Of a DNA stretch of 64,000 nt, positions 13,901 through 29,332 are shown piece by piece. Both the position numbers and the translations under genes were made by a program. Below the pieces are notes generated by a model, which was not told the DNA's origin, made no database searches, and saw only the letters and a program-made list of their open reading frames with translations. Numbering within the stretch: position 1 is the stretch's first letter; each line of letters starts with the position of its first letter. This DNA comes from Chrysomallon squamiferum (lineage: Eukaryota > Animalia > Mollusca), in the NCBI GenBank assembly GCA_012295275.1, contig CM022665.1, forward strand, positions 23,870,001 to 23,934,000. The letters are read 5' to 3'.

Positions 13901-16900
13901 AGCATAAGCAATTATTATAAACTTTTGAGAACGGTCAACGTAGTTTTCTGTTACCAATATGTTTTAGTTCATTTGTAGTCTTGACAATAAGTATTGATTC
14001 TATTCTAGTCAGATTGTATTCTTTTATTAATACCTTAAAAAAAATTAATTAAAAAAATGACTGATTTAACTCTAATTTGAGGAAATTTTGTCATTAGCAG
14101 TAAGTCCATAATGGAAAGAAATTATAACAATAAAATAAAAAAATTTACAAAAAAGAAATCTAGCCACTTTAAAACTCTACAAATAGTACAATATTTCTGA
14201 AATATTAAAGTTGTCCTTACTATTTCAGTATATTATAAACATAATGAACTTTATAGGATTTAACACTTATTCCATTACAGGTATATTCATCAAAAGATTT
14301 AACAGGATTAAAAGTGGAACACAAACTTGACAAGTTTCAGGAAGGAAGTAGTGTTATTCTCACACTGAAAGATAAAGGTAAGTTAATTTGTCCAATGATA
14401 TATACAAATATAAAATATATTCAGTTATTTTTATGTTTTTTCTTAAAGATGATTCTTAATTTTTTGTAATAAAAATAATAAACAAAATATATCAGATTTG
14501 AGGAAGCATTGTCGGACATAATTTTCGGCCATCATAATTCACTATCCTGATGACAGGATTAGGAATGACAGGATGGAAGTGAAAGGTTTTGTTTACAGTA
14601 ATGAAGAAAGGCTAAGATGGCATATCTCTAATCTTGCTGAAGTATATTTTGTTCTTCATGGTGTATTTAACAGGTATACTAGAAGAAGATGATGATACAC
14701 TGATCAATGTAAATATACTGGATGAAGAGGTTGCAGAGAAGAATCTTAAAAATAAACTGAAAAAGCCAGATTATAAACCTTATGATGAACCACAGTTTGA
14801 TGAATATGGACAGGTTTGTCTCTTTCTTGTTTCTTGTGACAAATAGAAAATGAAAAATATTTTTTTTCTTTTTACTGAATTTAACATAAAGCAATTTGGA
14901 AAAATAAAATTTGATTGCTTTAGAAGGAAATTTTTATCCTTAAACGTGATGATATCTAGAGAACTGTGAGTCGCTACAATATTTACAATTAATGTTGATA
15001 TAATTTAATAAAAAATGCATAAAATTAGATAGTTTTCTAAAGATGGATTTATTGTATAGTGACTGAAGAATCCAGAATAATCTGTAACTTACTGAAGTAA
15101 AACACTCAGTACTGACCATTGCAGCTAAATGTTTTTTTTTTTGTTTTTTTTTTTTTGTTCAGCTTCAAGTTAAAAATATATTAGACAAATATGATGAAGA
15201 TGTTGATGGAAACACCAAAAAGCAGTCTTTCCAATTAGGTTAGTACATTTTTCATATTTAAAACTTCCAAACGAAATGTAAATGCATATTTTGCTTTATC
15301 TTAAAAAAGCAAAGAAAACAAACTAATTATTTATTTTGAAGCACCTAAATTATATTTGTGGATAAATAATTCATTAATTTAAAACTAATAAGTTGGGAAG
15401 TTGTTGAAAATGTTATTTATATTTATATTTTAATTTTTTCACTGCTTTTCAAAGTTTAATTATAATGGTTCTGTCTTAAAATTGTTTTGCATATATCATA
15501 AAAACAACCATCCATAACTTCTCAGATCTTCCTGTAATGACAGACGCACTAACAAATTATTATAGACAAATGTTTGTTTTGTTTATGCTAACATATTGTT
15601 ACACAGACTTACAGAACCTTGGCAGAACTGAATGTAAGACTCTTTAGGGAGTTTTTTTAATTTTCTTTTTTAACATTTCTAATAAAATTATGTATTTGAA
15701 TTATTTTTATTTTTCAGGATCTGGTGGGACCTATGATGCTGCAGAAGACAACCAGATTGACAGGATTCGAAAAGAACTTAGGGAACAAGGGGTAACTTTA
15801 TGTTTTTCTTAGTTTTTATGTTAATAATAATAAATAAAAAGCTAATTATTAAAAATAAAAAAATTACTGTGTAATGTATTTCAAAATTTAAAATTGTTGA
15901 TTTAAAAAAGTACTTCAGATTTCAAAACAGTTAACAGTTTATTTAAAATTACTTTTTTATTTTTTTTTCTTTTCAGCAAACATTAACTCTCAGTGCACCA
16001 AATCTTGCAAGTGAATATTACACACCTGATGAGGCTGTAAGTGTTTTTTATGCTTTTAAAAAAACATTGGATTTTTTTTTTTTTTACATACATTTTTTTT
16101 CATAAATGGATATATTTATACTTAGAAATCAATTGTCATATATCCACACATTAAATAATCTCTTGGACTAAATGCTAACATTTTCCATTAGTATCTGCTA
16201 ATAATCTAAAATTATTCTTAACCTAAAGTAATCTAAATTAAATTGGATAAATGTTACTGCATCAGATGAAAGTTATTGAAACTAAGTTTGAAATAACTGT
16301 GACTGAATTTATGGTGATATCAGTTATTTCATGATTAATGTAGGATATTTTCTTTTTCTTTATAAAAAAAAAGAAAAAGAGAGAAAACAATCTTTAATTT
16401 CGGGTGATATTTTTTTAATATAGAGTGCTACATTCAAGAAAGTGAAAAAGAAAGTGAGGAAGATAAGAAAGAAGACTTTACTTAAAGCTGATGATCTCTT
16501 GCCTTTGCCAGAAGATAATGCTCATCTGGAAAGTGATTATGGTTCAAGGTAAAAGCTTAAGGAATTATCTGATTAACAAATTTATTGTTACAGTTTAGAC
16601 ACTGCAAAAATTTGTTAAATGATCATTCTTTTGTCAGGAATAAAGCAGTTCAAAAATATTTTTTATGCTAAAGTGTTAACAAAAAAACAACAAAATAATT
16701 AATTGTAATTATTGTAGTAACTTAAAGTATTACCTAATCAACAAATTTGTAATCAGTTTATTACAAAGTAATCTGTATGTAAATAGTTATTTTCTTTCAT
16801 ATATCAAACAGTTCACAAGCAAATAGTTTTAAGAGACAAAATTCTTTATAATACATAAATGTTGGTAATACAATGTATCAATCTGGAGCTTAATCTGAAA

Positions 16901-19900
16901 ATAATTAGTGTATAATAATACAGTGTGAAAATAATTTGTCTTTGCAGTGAATTAATTTTTAAGCAGATGTCAGGAGAAAAAAAACATACTATGTATGTAC
17001 AGATGTATTTATATGGATATGTATGTGTGTATGTATCTATGTAAGGATGGATTTATTTATTTATTTTGATATTTAATATCTGTAGACAAAGAGGTCGTGG
17101 TGTAGTGAAGGAAGAGCCAGACACTAGTGTTCAAGAGAGTCAACAATCAGTTACTGAAAATGGTGAAGCTATGGAGTGTGACACCCAGCAGACAAAATCA
17201 GATGTTGAAGTGCATGTTAAAACTGAAACTCAGAATGGTGCCCCAGCTGTTAAACTGGAAAGACCATCAATAAATTTAGAAGATCCAAATGTTGATGAAA
17301 GTATGGTTTGTTTCAATAGCATACGCTTTTTTGCAAAATTCCTTACATAAATACTTTAATGTTTATCAAGTATTTAAAGTAATTCTAAGATCTTAGCCTA
17401 ATTAATATATGTGCATATTATTCTTCACTAATTAATAGTAATAAAAAATAGTTTTATTTTGAATGTGGTTAATTAGTACTGTCAGTAAAGAATCTGATTA
17501 AATAGAATATTTTGATAAGTTGGTCACCATTGTCATTATCTTAATAAGCTAATACTATTACAGAATAACTTTTATTGGTAAAATGACTCTTAGATTATCT
17601 TATAGTCATTTTTAAAAAGAACAGTGACAGGTTAATGCAGATTTTCTAAGGATTCCATGTTTATGATTTATGTCATATGAAATATTTCCACAGTGCTTGG
17701 TCCAGACGAAGATCTCTCTGGGGTGCTAGTTGACGATGAGGTTGAAAATGAATTACAGTTAGCCTTAAATAAAGCCAGACGTTTAAAACAGAAAAGGAAA
17801 ATCAGAGCTCCAGAAGATGTAAGACAATAATAACTTGTTCTTTGATTCATATTGAAGAAGAAAATATTTTTGTTTTCTTGTAAACATGGGTAGATTTCAC
17901 TTAATCTGTGTATAAATATCACATAAATTGGAGTGGGAACATATTTTTAAATATTTGGTGTTTTTTTCAGAGGATCCAGTAAGACCACTTAATTAATTAC
18001 AGAAGTAAGATTAATAATCTGTTTTACAAAAAAATAATAATATTATTATTTAAAATTAAAAAAATAAAATAATAATAAAAATATTGCTTTTTAACAGGTA
18101 GTAGAAGAAATACTAATCAACAAAGAAAATTCTGAAATGACTGATGTCGCCTCCACCTCTGCTTCACCCACAAAGATTATTTTAAATTCTACCTCTGAGT
18201 TTTGTCGGAATCTTGGAGAAATTCCGACATATGGTCTTTCAGGAAACAGAGAGGAGAAAAGAGATGAATTAATGGTACATCACAAATTTTTACAAGTTTT
18301 TATTACTGTTTAATTATTAATTACAGAATTATGCCTATTATAAAAGAATCCAAAACCGTTTTTGTCTGCAAGATAATCATTTTGATTTAATGATTTGGTT
18401 CCAGTGTAATCTGTATCAATTTTTGGATATATTACTGATAGCAACATTTTTATTTTATTTCTTTTTATTCTGTGACACTCCAGTATTCTTTTCTGACTTA
18501 TTCTGTTGTATTGTTCTTTTTGATTACATCTAGAATTGGCTTTAATATAAAATATTTATTTGTTTTTGCTGTTATATGTCTCATTCAGTTTTTAAATTTT
18601 ATGTCAAATTTATGGGTTACAGGACACTGAGTTGGAACTGCTGGAGAAAGAGAGACAAGAACAGGAAAATGAGGAGATGACAAGTGGATGGAATGAAGTT
18701 GACATTGACACTAAACCTGTAGATATTGTGGTATGTAAATTTTTAGATAAATTTGAATTTAAATGTAAACCATTTAGTGGTTTAATTTGTAACACTTGAT
18801 ATTCAAATGCTCTTTATTTTATTACATACATGTTTTTATATTTTCACAATGTAATACAAATATATTTTTTAAAATGTCACTTCACAAGTATATTTTAACT
18901 GTTTTTGGCTCTTTGTAGATGCACAATTTCATATACTTTCCTTCTTAGTACTTTTGATTAAACTACATTTTTGCATTCAATTTTACTCTGAATTAAATAT
19001 TTTATAATTGTTAGTTTATTTAATTTCTTCTTTTTTGAATGCTGGTTCAGTCGTGAAGCAACCATCAATGTCTGTTTTTTAATGTAAGCACTTGTTGAAA
19101 TTTAGATAACACATATGTAAAAAGTAAACATTTTATTAATTTGTTGCAGGGAGAAGAAACATCTGTACTGGAAGAAGAACCTATTGTAGCAGATGGTATC
19201 TGTGCAGCATTGAAACTTGCTCAGAGAAAAGGTTTTTATATTATCTTGACATTTTAATTAGAATTGGTAGTTTTATATTACATTATCAGTTAACATCATA
19301 CATTATACATTACTGACATGTAATAATATTTTTAAGTTCAAAGAAAAGTTCTTATGCAAATAACTGATTTTATGACACAGTGTCATCTAATATCTCAAAA
19401 CGGTTAAAATTTGAAGATTAGTATTTTGCTTTTGTCCTTTATGTATTAGGTGTTTAAAATGATTATTATTTATTAAATTTATCAATCTGTGGTACTTTGT
19501 CCATTTACTTATAGTTGATTTATGTTCTGAGAACAAATTAACTGTATTTGAAACTGTTTGAAAAACTGTTACTATTAATATTAAGTTTCAGGCATGAATC
19601 CAAAATTTCAGAAGTGAACAGCTTTAAAAAAATAATAATGATAAAAATAAAGAGGCACATATTTGTACTATGTATGTATGGAAGTGCTTGATTGCTGCAA
19701 TATTTTAACTGCTTTCATTCTTTTTTCACAACAGGTTATCTTGTAAATGAAGCAAAGAAACAAACAAGTGCTCCATCACACAGCCATTTGGCAGCCAAAC
19801 ATTATTCCATAGAAGATAAACGATATGAGTAAGAGAATCATTTTTTTCTTGTTTAAATATATAATAATAGTAATAATAATATTCTTTTCATGGGAAATTT

Positions 19901-21647
19901 ATTTTATTTGTGGAAATCAGTGAAAAGATTTGTACATCTTCCATACAGTACTCTTCACTTCTTTTTGGTGTTTACATTTTAGATAGTGTAAATGCAGCCC
20001 TAGAGTAAATGTCAGATACTATACAATATGATTCACATTGTATATTGTGTACTGTGAGAAATAAATAGAAAGGTGTTAATTTTGAAAATATTCATCATTT
20101 ATGATTACCTTTTTTCCTGACATAGTCTTTTTAATTCTTAAATCAATTACAAACAAAAGGTAGACTTAAAAATTAACAATGTCTGAATAAAAACAGTTAA
20201 TTATTTATGAATGTGAATAAACACGTCAAATTTTCCTTGAACTGCTTTAATATAAGTGTTTTGACTATATCCTGAAAAAATATACTGACACAATTCACTT
20301 AATGAAGTAGTTGTACAATATTAAAATATAGTTTGTATTAATTTATTTAAATCACATTTTTAATTTTTTTTTTTTTTTTTTTTAGTGATCTTGATGAAAA
20401 GTTCAGGAAAAGGGAAAGATATCATGGTGGTGGTATTGTATCTGAGTTTCGAGAAAAGGATGGCTACAAGCCTGAAGTAAGACTTCAATATGTTGATGAC
20501 TCGGGCAGATCAATGTCTGCTAAAGAAGCTTTCCGTCAATTGTCTCACAGGTTTCATGGCAAAGGATCAGGCAAAAAGAAAACTGAGAAAAGACAAAAGA
20601 AACTTGAGGAAGCAAATGTAAGTGTCAAGTTATTATTTTGCGGGGTTAACAGAAAACGAAAGTATTTTGTGATGAAAAGTAGCAAAGATTCTCAAATTAC
20701 AAAATGTGAAGATGGAAATGTAAAGACCAAAATATTGGCAAAATTTTTGCAGCGATAAACAGAAAACTGAATTAGATCTCGATATAAACCGTGTTTTAAA
20801 TATATATTTTTTTATGCTTGGCTTCTTGCAGTTAATAAACTATAAGAAATAAAGAATTAAAAATCTAATTAAAAATATCAACAATTAATTGATGTTGTAT
20901 TTTTTTTTATTTTTTATATATATATCTGTAAAATAATATATGTCCATTATTTACAGCTGATGAAACAAATGAGCTCCACTGATACACCACTCAACACCTT
21001 ATCACTGCTGAAAGAAAAGCAGAAAGCAGAGAAGTCTCCATTTGTTGTTCTCAGTGGAAACAAAGGATTTACGGCGTATGTATTTCACAATTCCTGTTTC
21101 AGTGACCAATTTAATTATTTATTTTGATACATAATTACATTTTTGTATTATTATTTATTATTTTTTGGAAGTGGTGTTAATTTTTTTATTTATTTATTTT
21201 TAATTTTCTGGTTGTTGGGAATAGGATAATCTTAATTGTACATGGTATAATAAGATTTTAGTTTCTGGAAAATTTTGATTATTATTTAAAAAATACTGTT
21301 CGATATTCATGCTTAGCTTACCATTAGATCCAAAGATAGCTTGAATTTCCACTATTTAAGTAATGATTTCTGAAAGTTATGTTTTAAAATAGTATATGTT
21401 CTGCTTGATTGTGTTTTACATCATTGGCATCATGAGGTTATGTCCTACTGGAAGTATAAATACTCAGAATGCTTTTATTATTATTATTATTACAGTTATT
21501 ATTGTTATGTTTTAAGACTTTCTGTTTCCTTTCTTGTTAACAATTATCTCTGGTGCCGTATCTACACTTAATTTGTCCAGTTATATGTAATGAATGCATA
21601 TATAAGAACTTTCTTTTATTTTTAGAAATACAATCACCAAATTCTAG
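10959..21647 (+). CDS. SART1: U4/U6.U5 tri-snRNP-associated protein 1 (Snu66), about 795 aa, 21 coding exons
   Basis: Exons 10959-11166, 11474-11525, 11944-12005, 12456-12591, 13079-13184, 13579-13656, 14281-14377, 14674-14813, 15163-15238, 15718-15791, 15977-16036, 16424-16548, 17086-17300, 17694-17818, 18098-18274, 18623-18730, 19150-19231, 19735-19828, 20386-20617, 20957-21075, 21626-21647. Motifs: MGSSKKHK start, HIND motif [70 protein letters not shown]-terminus ANTITKF*. Confidence 0.96.
12731..12846 (+). mobile_element. Degenerate tRNA-derived SINE fragment
   Basis: CAGGATCAAT...GGGCTATTTTCCATTTCCAG...CATGTATTAAAGATCTCTTG is similar to the reverse complement of the copy at 35091-35306 and to the copy at 58556-58763. 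Confidence 0.45.
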
Positions 21648-23570
21648 AAAACTTGAGGAATAACTGTACTGTGTTAACAGACAATCAGTTAATTGGTGGC
21701 CTGCTCCCAGTCAGATGTATGTAAAGAAGAAAATGTCCTAGAGGTTTTAAAAATTCCTTTTTCGTTCAGAAGAATTGTTAAAAGGGATCCATATTTTATC
21801 CGTTTTCAAGGATGTAAAAAAAAAAAAAAAAAAATGTGTATTTTTAAAAAGTAGATCTGTGGATCTGGAGATGCTTCATTATATCTGTCTTTGTCACAAT
21901 AAATGAAAATGAAATTGTGAAAAATGCAGAGTTTTTAATTGTCCAGTTCAGAATAGAGGTAATGAGTATTCAGTGATAAACACAATGAAACACTTTTTGT
22001 TATCATGTAGTAAATGTATACAAGGATTATAAATACCTTATTTTTTTAAATACATGAGCATGTATTGGTAGTTTCAAGAACACTTTTTATTTTATTTTTT
22101 AATTCATCATTTGGTAATAAATAATATTAGTAATTATAAACACAGAATGTTCTGTTAATATTGAATATTAAAAAAATACAGCAAACCTTCAGACTTCAGA
22201 TGTAAACTTTTAAAAACTGAAATTACTGTACATTTTGTATGTTGTGGAGTATGTTTAGTATGGTTTGTTGTGAATACAATTTAAAAATACAAAAACATTT
22301 TCAAGTCTCAAAGTATTTTGCAAATACAATTATCTGGATGATTATATATTTAAAAAAATAATAATAAACATAAGATGCTGAATGTAACTGCTACAGTGTT
22401 ATCTGTTTTTCTCTTAGTAAAGCACTTACCCAAGTCCGATTTGGAACTGGAAATAGTCCAGATGACTGTTTGGTTTTTATGGATAATCATGTACCAAACA
22501 GTATAGATAATTATAATAAAAAGAAACAACAACTTTCTTCTTCTTGTTTATTATTTAATAAAGAACAAAAGAAACAACTTATTATAATTGTAATATTAAG
22601 TTAACAATTGTCTAAGAAATAAGACAAAAACAAAAAAATTTGTTGTGCTTTGTGACAAATTGTGATTCGTTGTCTTATAAGTACCATTTTTGTCTCCGTT
22701 ATATAATTACAACATTTTCAACAGAATCTTTATTATGAATATCATAGAATAAGGTTATTGCAAGAAAGTTTTGACCCAAGATATTACTAAATAAATACAA
22801 GAGTTAGGAAAAATCAAGTATGTAAGAGGTAGTGACGTCTTGCACATTTCATATCAAATACATCTTAAAACTGATTTAAAAATGACAATGCATAAACAAA
22901 TGTAAAATAAATTGCCTGTTCAAAAATATTTTTTTTTAAAATGCAGAAGAAAAGAAAACAATCAACCCCAACCATTCTCTACAGTAAACAAGCTGAAATA
23001 AAATTAATTAGCACTTATTAGATGGGCAGCAAAATATAATGTAGGTAAAATAATTTACACCAGCTAATTACTACCCTGAACAAATCTGTATACGGATTAC
23101 AATTACTGTGTTACACTGCTTAAAGAATTAGTTTTGATATTAATAATAGTAACTGGAAATAATGTCTCTAACTATTAAAACATAGTGAGGCGAGATGTAG
23201 TGGTTATGAATCCAGTACTGAAAAGTACTAAGAAATTACGTGATGGTTAAACTAACTTTCCTTATGAAAAAGAATAAAGTCGCTCAACAAAGGCCACTGT
23301 CTGTACTCTGTGGCCAAACAATATGATTCTTTTTATCTAGAACATCCTTTTCTCACATCTTCTTCATCTTAACCTTCAGTTCCACAAACTTAGAAGAACC
23401 ATAAAAGGCACTTCAGTTTTGGTTGCTGCTTTTTATTTTTAGTGGTTTATATACATCAGAATTAAAAACAATACTAAAAAACCCAATAACAATGTAATGA
23501 CTTTTCAGTAAAAAAATAGTAATATTCATTCTTAAAAAGATGGGAATATCACAGTCACTGTCTAGCAGAT

Positions 23571-24683
23571 TTATAAGTCATCATTATCATAGGAAAGATT
23601 TGGACCAAGCCATTTCTCCACTTCACTGACATTCATTTTCTTTCTTTCTGCATAATCTAAAACCTGCAAATGAAAAGATATTATGTTGCTTTAAAAAAAC
23701 AACAAAAAAAAACAACAACCCCAAAACAAACATTTAATCTATATTTTTATCTGATTTTTAAAATTTTAATATATTTGAAAAATGGCATACTAATTTTTCT
23801 GTTACAAAGGCATAGTTATCATGCTATTTTTTTTATATTTTTTTTGTTACAGTACCGATTTATTCAGTCTATAAATACACAAATCTTATTTGTGAACAAC
23901 TTATATATAAAAACTTTTGTATATCAGTTTTCCAGATTTAAAAAAAAAATACGTTTTTGTTCAAACCATTACTTTTTAGAAATCATGTATCTTTATTTAT
24001 TTATTATTATTATTATTACTACCACTACTCTGGTCTATGTTAAAAGAAGAATGAATAAATGAATATTTAACATTATGTCATAAAATGGTTAACAGCCACC
24101 AATATGTATGGCTTAAAAAAATAAGAATCCCCAATGATACCTGATCCTTGTCTATTTTTCCCACAGCAAAGTATGTAGACTCTGGATGAGCAAAGTATAT
24201 TCCTGACACTGAAGAAGCAGGATCCATTGCCAGTGACTCAGTAAGAGTAATTCCAATAGAGTCTGGCTTTAACAGTTTCCACATTGTTTCCTTCTCAGTG
24301 TGATCAGGCTGGATAGGGTAGCCGGGAGCTGGTCGTATACCCTGGTATGTAATGTTGTACTTATGAAGTATATTTTGGTACAATTCTAGATTATTTGTTA
24401 AGTTTGTTACATTCTCGTAAAGCAACATGGATGGATGGATGGATGGATAATATACTTTATTTTGTAAATATAAACCTACATTCATTCTGGCCTGCATTTG
24501 TGTAGTTTTTTATTTACAAAATAATAGTGTTCTAGTGCATAGTGTATTTAATTATAAATGGGCATATGCCTATGTTAGAAGCAGCACAAGTTTAAAATAA
24601 AAAGTAATGGTGAACACATACAAATATATTCTATATGCACATTTGTATGTTTGCATTTTAAAAAGCCAAAAGTTATTATTGTC

Positions 24684-24723
<40 letters not shown>

Positions 24724-25776
24724 TGCAAATTAGAACAAAACATTTTTCAGTAAGATTTCAATAGCACATTAAATCTATTTGGAGCTCAGGTAATGCAACA
24801 AAATTGTCAAAATTATTTTCTACTCAATTACTGAATTCAGTTTAAAATGCAGCAGCAGAAATTACCTTGTATTTTATTCTGTGCAGATCTTGTGCTTCAA
24901 GCACTTCATCTGAACAGTATCCCCAGAATTCTTTTCTTACACGTTCATGCATCTCCTCAGCAAATGCCTACGATAAAAATTTGAACAATTAACAATTCTT
25001 TTATAATGTACAACTGTACAGGTTCTGATGATGATGTCATTATAAATTTTTATAAATCAGTAAAATCCTTATCTTTTCAAAAATAAAGATGACTCTTTAC
25101 AAGGTTTGTTATATTTTCATTACACTTCATTATTAGCAAACAATGGTAACTTGGAAATATATTTAAAAGATTATATATAAATACCATAAAAGGTCAAATT
25201 TAAATAATAATGATGATGATGATGATTGTAATAACAGTATTATAATAAAGTATGTTAGTAATAATAATAATAATAAAAAAACAACAACAACAACAACAAC
25301 AACAAATACTACTACTACTACTTCTGATTATTTTTTTTTGATGTACAAACCTCTGCCAATCTGTCAGCAAGAGCTTTAATCATAATGACATTGTAGTCAT
25401 CCAGTTCATTTTTGAACCTGAAATTACAAATATAATTTATTTATGTGCATGAAACAGATTTGTATTTGTTTTAAATATGACTGAAATTTTATATACAAGG
25501 TAATTTTATCATTAACGACACTTAAAAGACAGGGAGAATTGTGTGAATTTTATGGCAATAATCTACCTTTCAAGGATATTATTTCTAATTCTGTCATAGA
25601 ATTTATTTTAATTTTTTATTTTATTTAATTTTATTGCATTTATTTATTCATTTTATTTTAGTTCTAAACTGAAATTACATATACTAGAAGCCACTTGCAT
25701 ATCAATAAATAATCCAAATATTCCATCAATCATTTATAAAATTTTTAATGACTCACTGCATAATTTTCAAAATGAT

Positions 25777-25809
<33 letters not shown>

Positions 25810-27107
25810 TCAAAACCATAATAATAATAAATAAAGTGACTGAAGGAAGCACATTAGATTACATGTCAATCTTATTTGACAAAGCTTACAGATTATGTTA
25901 TCTTTTGGTGATGTATTACATTCAAATCTATATTAATTGAGAATAAGAAAAATACATTAAATTTAATAAACACCTCAAAGATCCAATAAGAAGAAGAAAA
26001 AGAAGAAGAAGAATATAACAAGTACTTACTGGTCACACATTTCTTTCACTCCATGTCCTACTGAGACAGCAAACAGGCCTATGTAATCTTTAACACCACT
26101 GGACACAGGTGCCACAAAGTCTGACATACAAAAGTATGGCTCTGAACGACTGGCAAAATCTTTTTCAGCCTGAAATGAGAAAAAACACAACATCAGAACC
26201 TCCCCCTCCTGCTACTACAACTGCTACATTTTCTATTACATCTGAATAAAAAATGCATATCCAGATTAGATATTCTTCAAAACTGTTTAAATAACAAACT
26301 GAAGAAAATAAAAATAAAAACAAATACAAATAAAAATAAATACAAATACATATAACAACAATAATAAATAAATAAATAAATAAATAAATAAAATAGTATT
26401 AAAAATTAATTTATTACTGTAGTACAAATTACATACACCAGTCATGACATTTTCTTTTAACTATTATATTTTACTATCCTTAAAGCAAAATATATATTGT
26501 AACATTATTTCACCCCCCCCATTTAAAACTGCAGAAATGTTAAAATGACATTCTATATAGACAAAAACATTTTGAAAATTAACACTCCTCATAGAAATGG
26601 TGACCATACCTGTTGTCTGAGTCCAAAGAGAGTCTCTATTTTTTCTTCTTTATCATCATACAGCTCAATGTCATCACCCACACTGTTAGCTCTGAAGAAA
26701 GCAATTACTGCTGTGGCGTGGAGCTTTTTGTTGTTAATAATATTTTTCAGCATCTCTTGAGCATCATCAAAACACTTCTTAGCTTCTTCTCCTAGTAGAA
26801 AAGGCATAGATTTCAGTAAAATATACTGCTTAGGATTTGTTATTAGCATTTTTTAAGTGATTTTCAGTATTTAAATATTTGTACATAGACTTATACAACC
26901 ACATTTGTTCTCTTTTTTCACCTGTCAGAATATGTACATATTTCATATATTTCAGTCACATGTGAAACAAAATCTCTCAAATGCCAAATATTGGAGAAAA
27001 AAAAACAATGCATAAAAATACACACAAACAAGTTTATATCGATATCAACAAACACATACTGCATTACTCAAATGGATTCATTTAAATCAGTGTATATTGT
27101 CTCCCAT

Positions 27108-27143
<36 letters not shown>

Positions 27144-29035
27144 CTAATATATACATCTCAACACAAACAATGAAATGTAAATACAAAATATATCACTGGA
27201 AATTTAGATTTTAGATTTTTCATTGGAATGCCTTCTTAAGGAGCATTATCATTTGAATAAAGAAAAAAACAAGTGGAAAAAACCATTAACAATGAACTAT
27301 GTAAATAAAAATAAAATTTTCAGGAAAAGAAAACATCTCAATCACAAAACATATGAAGTAAAATATGCAAAATGAAAAAAAAAGTTAAAGTAATTACCAA
27401 CAGTTTTATCCTTGAATATTTTAGGAAAGCCTCGATTTGGATATTTCCCTCTAAGCTGCCACACATCAAAAAATGGCTTCCAGTCAATGTAAGGCACCAG
27501 TCTATTAATATCATAATCCTCAAACATTTTGATACCAAGAAATGTTGGCTTGACTGAAACAAATTACAATGAAAATTTTATTATTACAAACAATATAAAA
27601 TATAAAATGTAGCTATACTTTACATTAGGCATTATTAGTATATGGCACACAAGTATGAAGAAAACTGGCTGATCAGTTTGAACAAACAAAACCAATCTAT
27701 CAACACACAATCTGATACATGCTGAAGTTCATATATATCAGTTTTTGTGTACGTATCCCAGAACATGGATTGTCTGCCTAAGAAACGTCAGTGTTAAATG
27801 GCGTTAGATCATCCCAAATAATTCTGTCAGTTTATGGTCTGATGGCTTATTCATTGCACAAACAGTTTAGAGATGACATTATTTGTACCGAAATAATCCG
27901 GAAGATATTAACTCACCAATAACTTAGACATAATTTCCTGTATGCAGCTGTTTCCTAATTATTATTACATTTAGTTTTCAACAATAGTTCATTTACCTGG
28001 CTTTTCACCATTTTCCCAGTCCAGCTTCAGTGCTTTAGCTCTAGCTTCTTCCAGTTTCAAGTATTTTCTATCCTACATGAGACAAAAACAGAGGTGTCTA
28101 CTGTTTAATTTATGTCATTTTTCTCTCATAATTGTACTTACTTACCACGCTATTACTAGCTTGTTCAATCATGCTCTCACTGAATAACTTGTAGAAAGAA
28201 AACAATTTTATCTAACTGAAATCTGCCCACTTATCTATTTTCATGTTACAGTTTATTAACTGAAAAAACATTTTGCCTGTCATGGATGACAGTGGTTGCA
28301 ATTTGAAGCTCTATACAAGCAGCCAATGACCCCCAAAAACACACACACACACAAACATACATAATAGATCTATTAAAAGTACTATATGTATATGATAGTC
28401 ATAAATCAAACAGTTACCTTTAAAGAGTCATAATGCTCAGCTCTTATTTCTTCATATTCTTCTTTGATTTCATCCAGAAAATCCTCATATTCCTCTTTTT
28501 TTGTGAGAGCAGAGCACTAGAAAATTACACAACCATATCTAGTCAGTTTATTCATTATAGGATATTATTTACTATTATTATTCTATAATAATAGTAATAA
28601 TAATTACTACTATTACTTTTTTTATTTATATATTATTTTATGTTGCAGAATACAAGATTCAAGAATCAATCAGATTCTTTTTTTTTATATGCTTATTTAT
28701 TTTCTTTTAAATTTAAATTTTCTTTTTGTGCAAAATCTGAAACCTATAGCTTATTTTATGTAGCCATATACTTCTGATATATCATTCATACTGGAGCAGT
28801 TGTCTTAGCTTCAAAGACATCCAGTTTTATTTTCAACATTAGAAATGTGTCACATAGAATTAAACTTTTTATAAAAATGTGTTTAACCACAGCAAAAAGA
28901 TTAGTTTATCAGAAGATTACCATTTAAACTAAACAGTTTTTAGTGGACCTACCACAACAACACTTTTTGATGCATCCAGAACATGTATTGTTGGACTGCT
29001 GTATCTTGGCGATATCCTTACAGCTGTGTGTGTCC

Positions 29036-29077
<42 letters not shown>

Positions 29078-29121
29078 TAATAATGATGATGATGGTAACA
29101 GTAATAATAATAATGATGATC

Positions 29122-29168
<47 letters not shown>

Positions 29169-29257
29169 GATGTAACTGTAATAATAATGAAAATAATAAT
29201 AACAATAATAAAACATATGGATAAAACAGTTCTTTTAACAATGTCTGTCTGTCTGTC

Positions 29258-29332
<75 letters not shown>

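Noticed and set aside
14276-14286. AG|GT junctions at several SART1 exon starts as possible recursive splice sites
   Set aside because: The introns are short and the GT is explained by the encoded Val/Gly codons.
20669-20770. GTGATGA...CTGA as a possible intronic C/D snoRNA in SART1
   Set aside because: No convincing terminal stem or recognisable rRNA antisense element. Such boxes are frequent by chance in AT-rich DNA.
24342-24497. ORF extension [13 protein letters not shown] resembling the preceding MTR exon end ([10 protein letters not shown]), suggesting a duplicated exon
   Set aside because: The DNA similarity is only a few bases and a good acceptor exists at 24343-24342. Treated as open intron sequence by chance.
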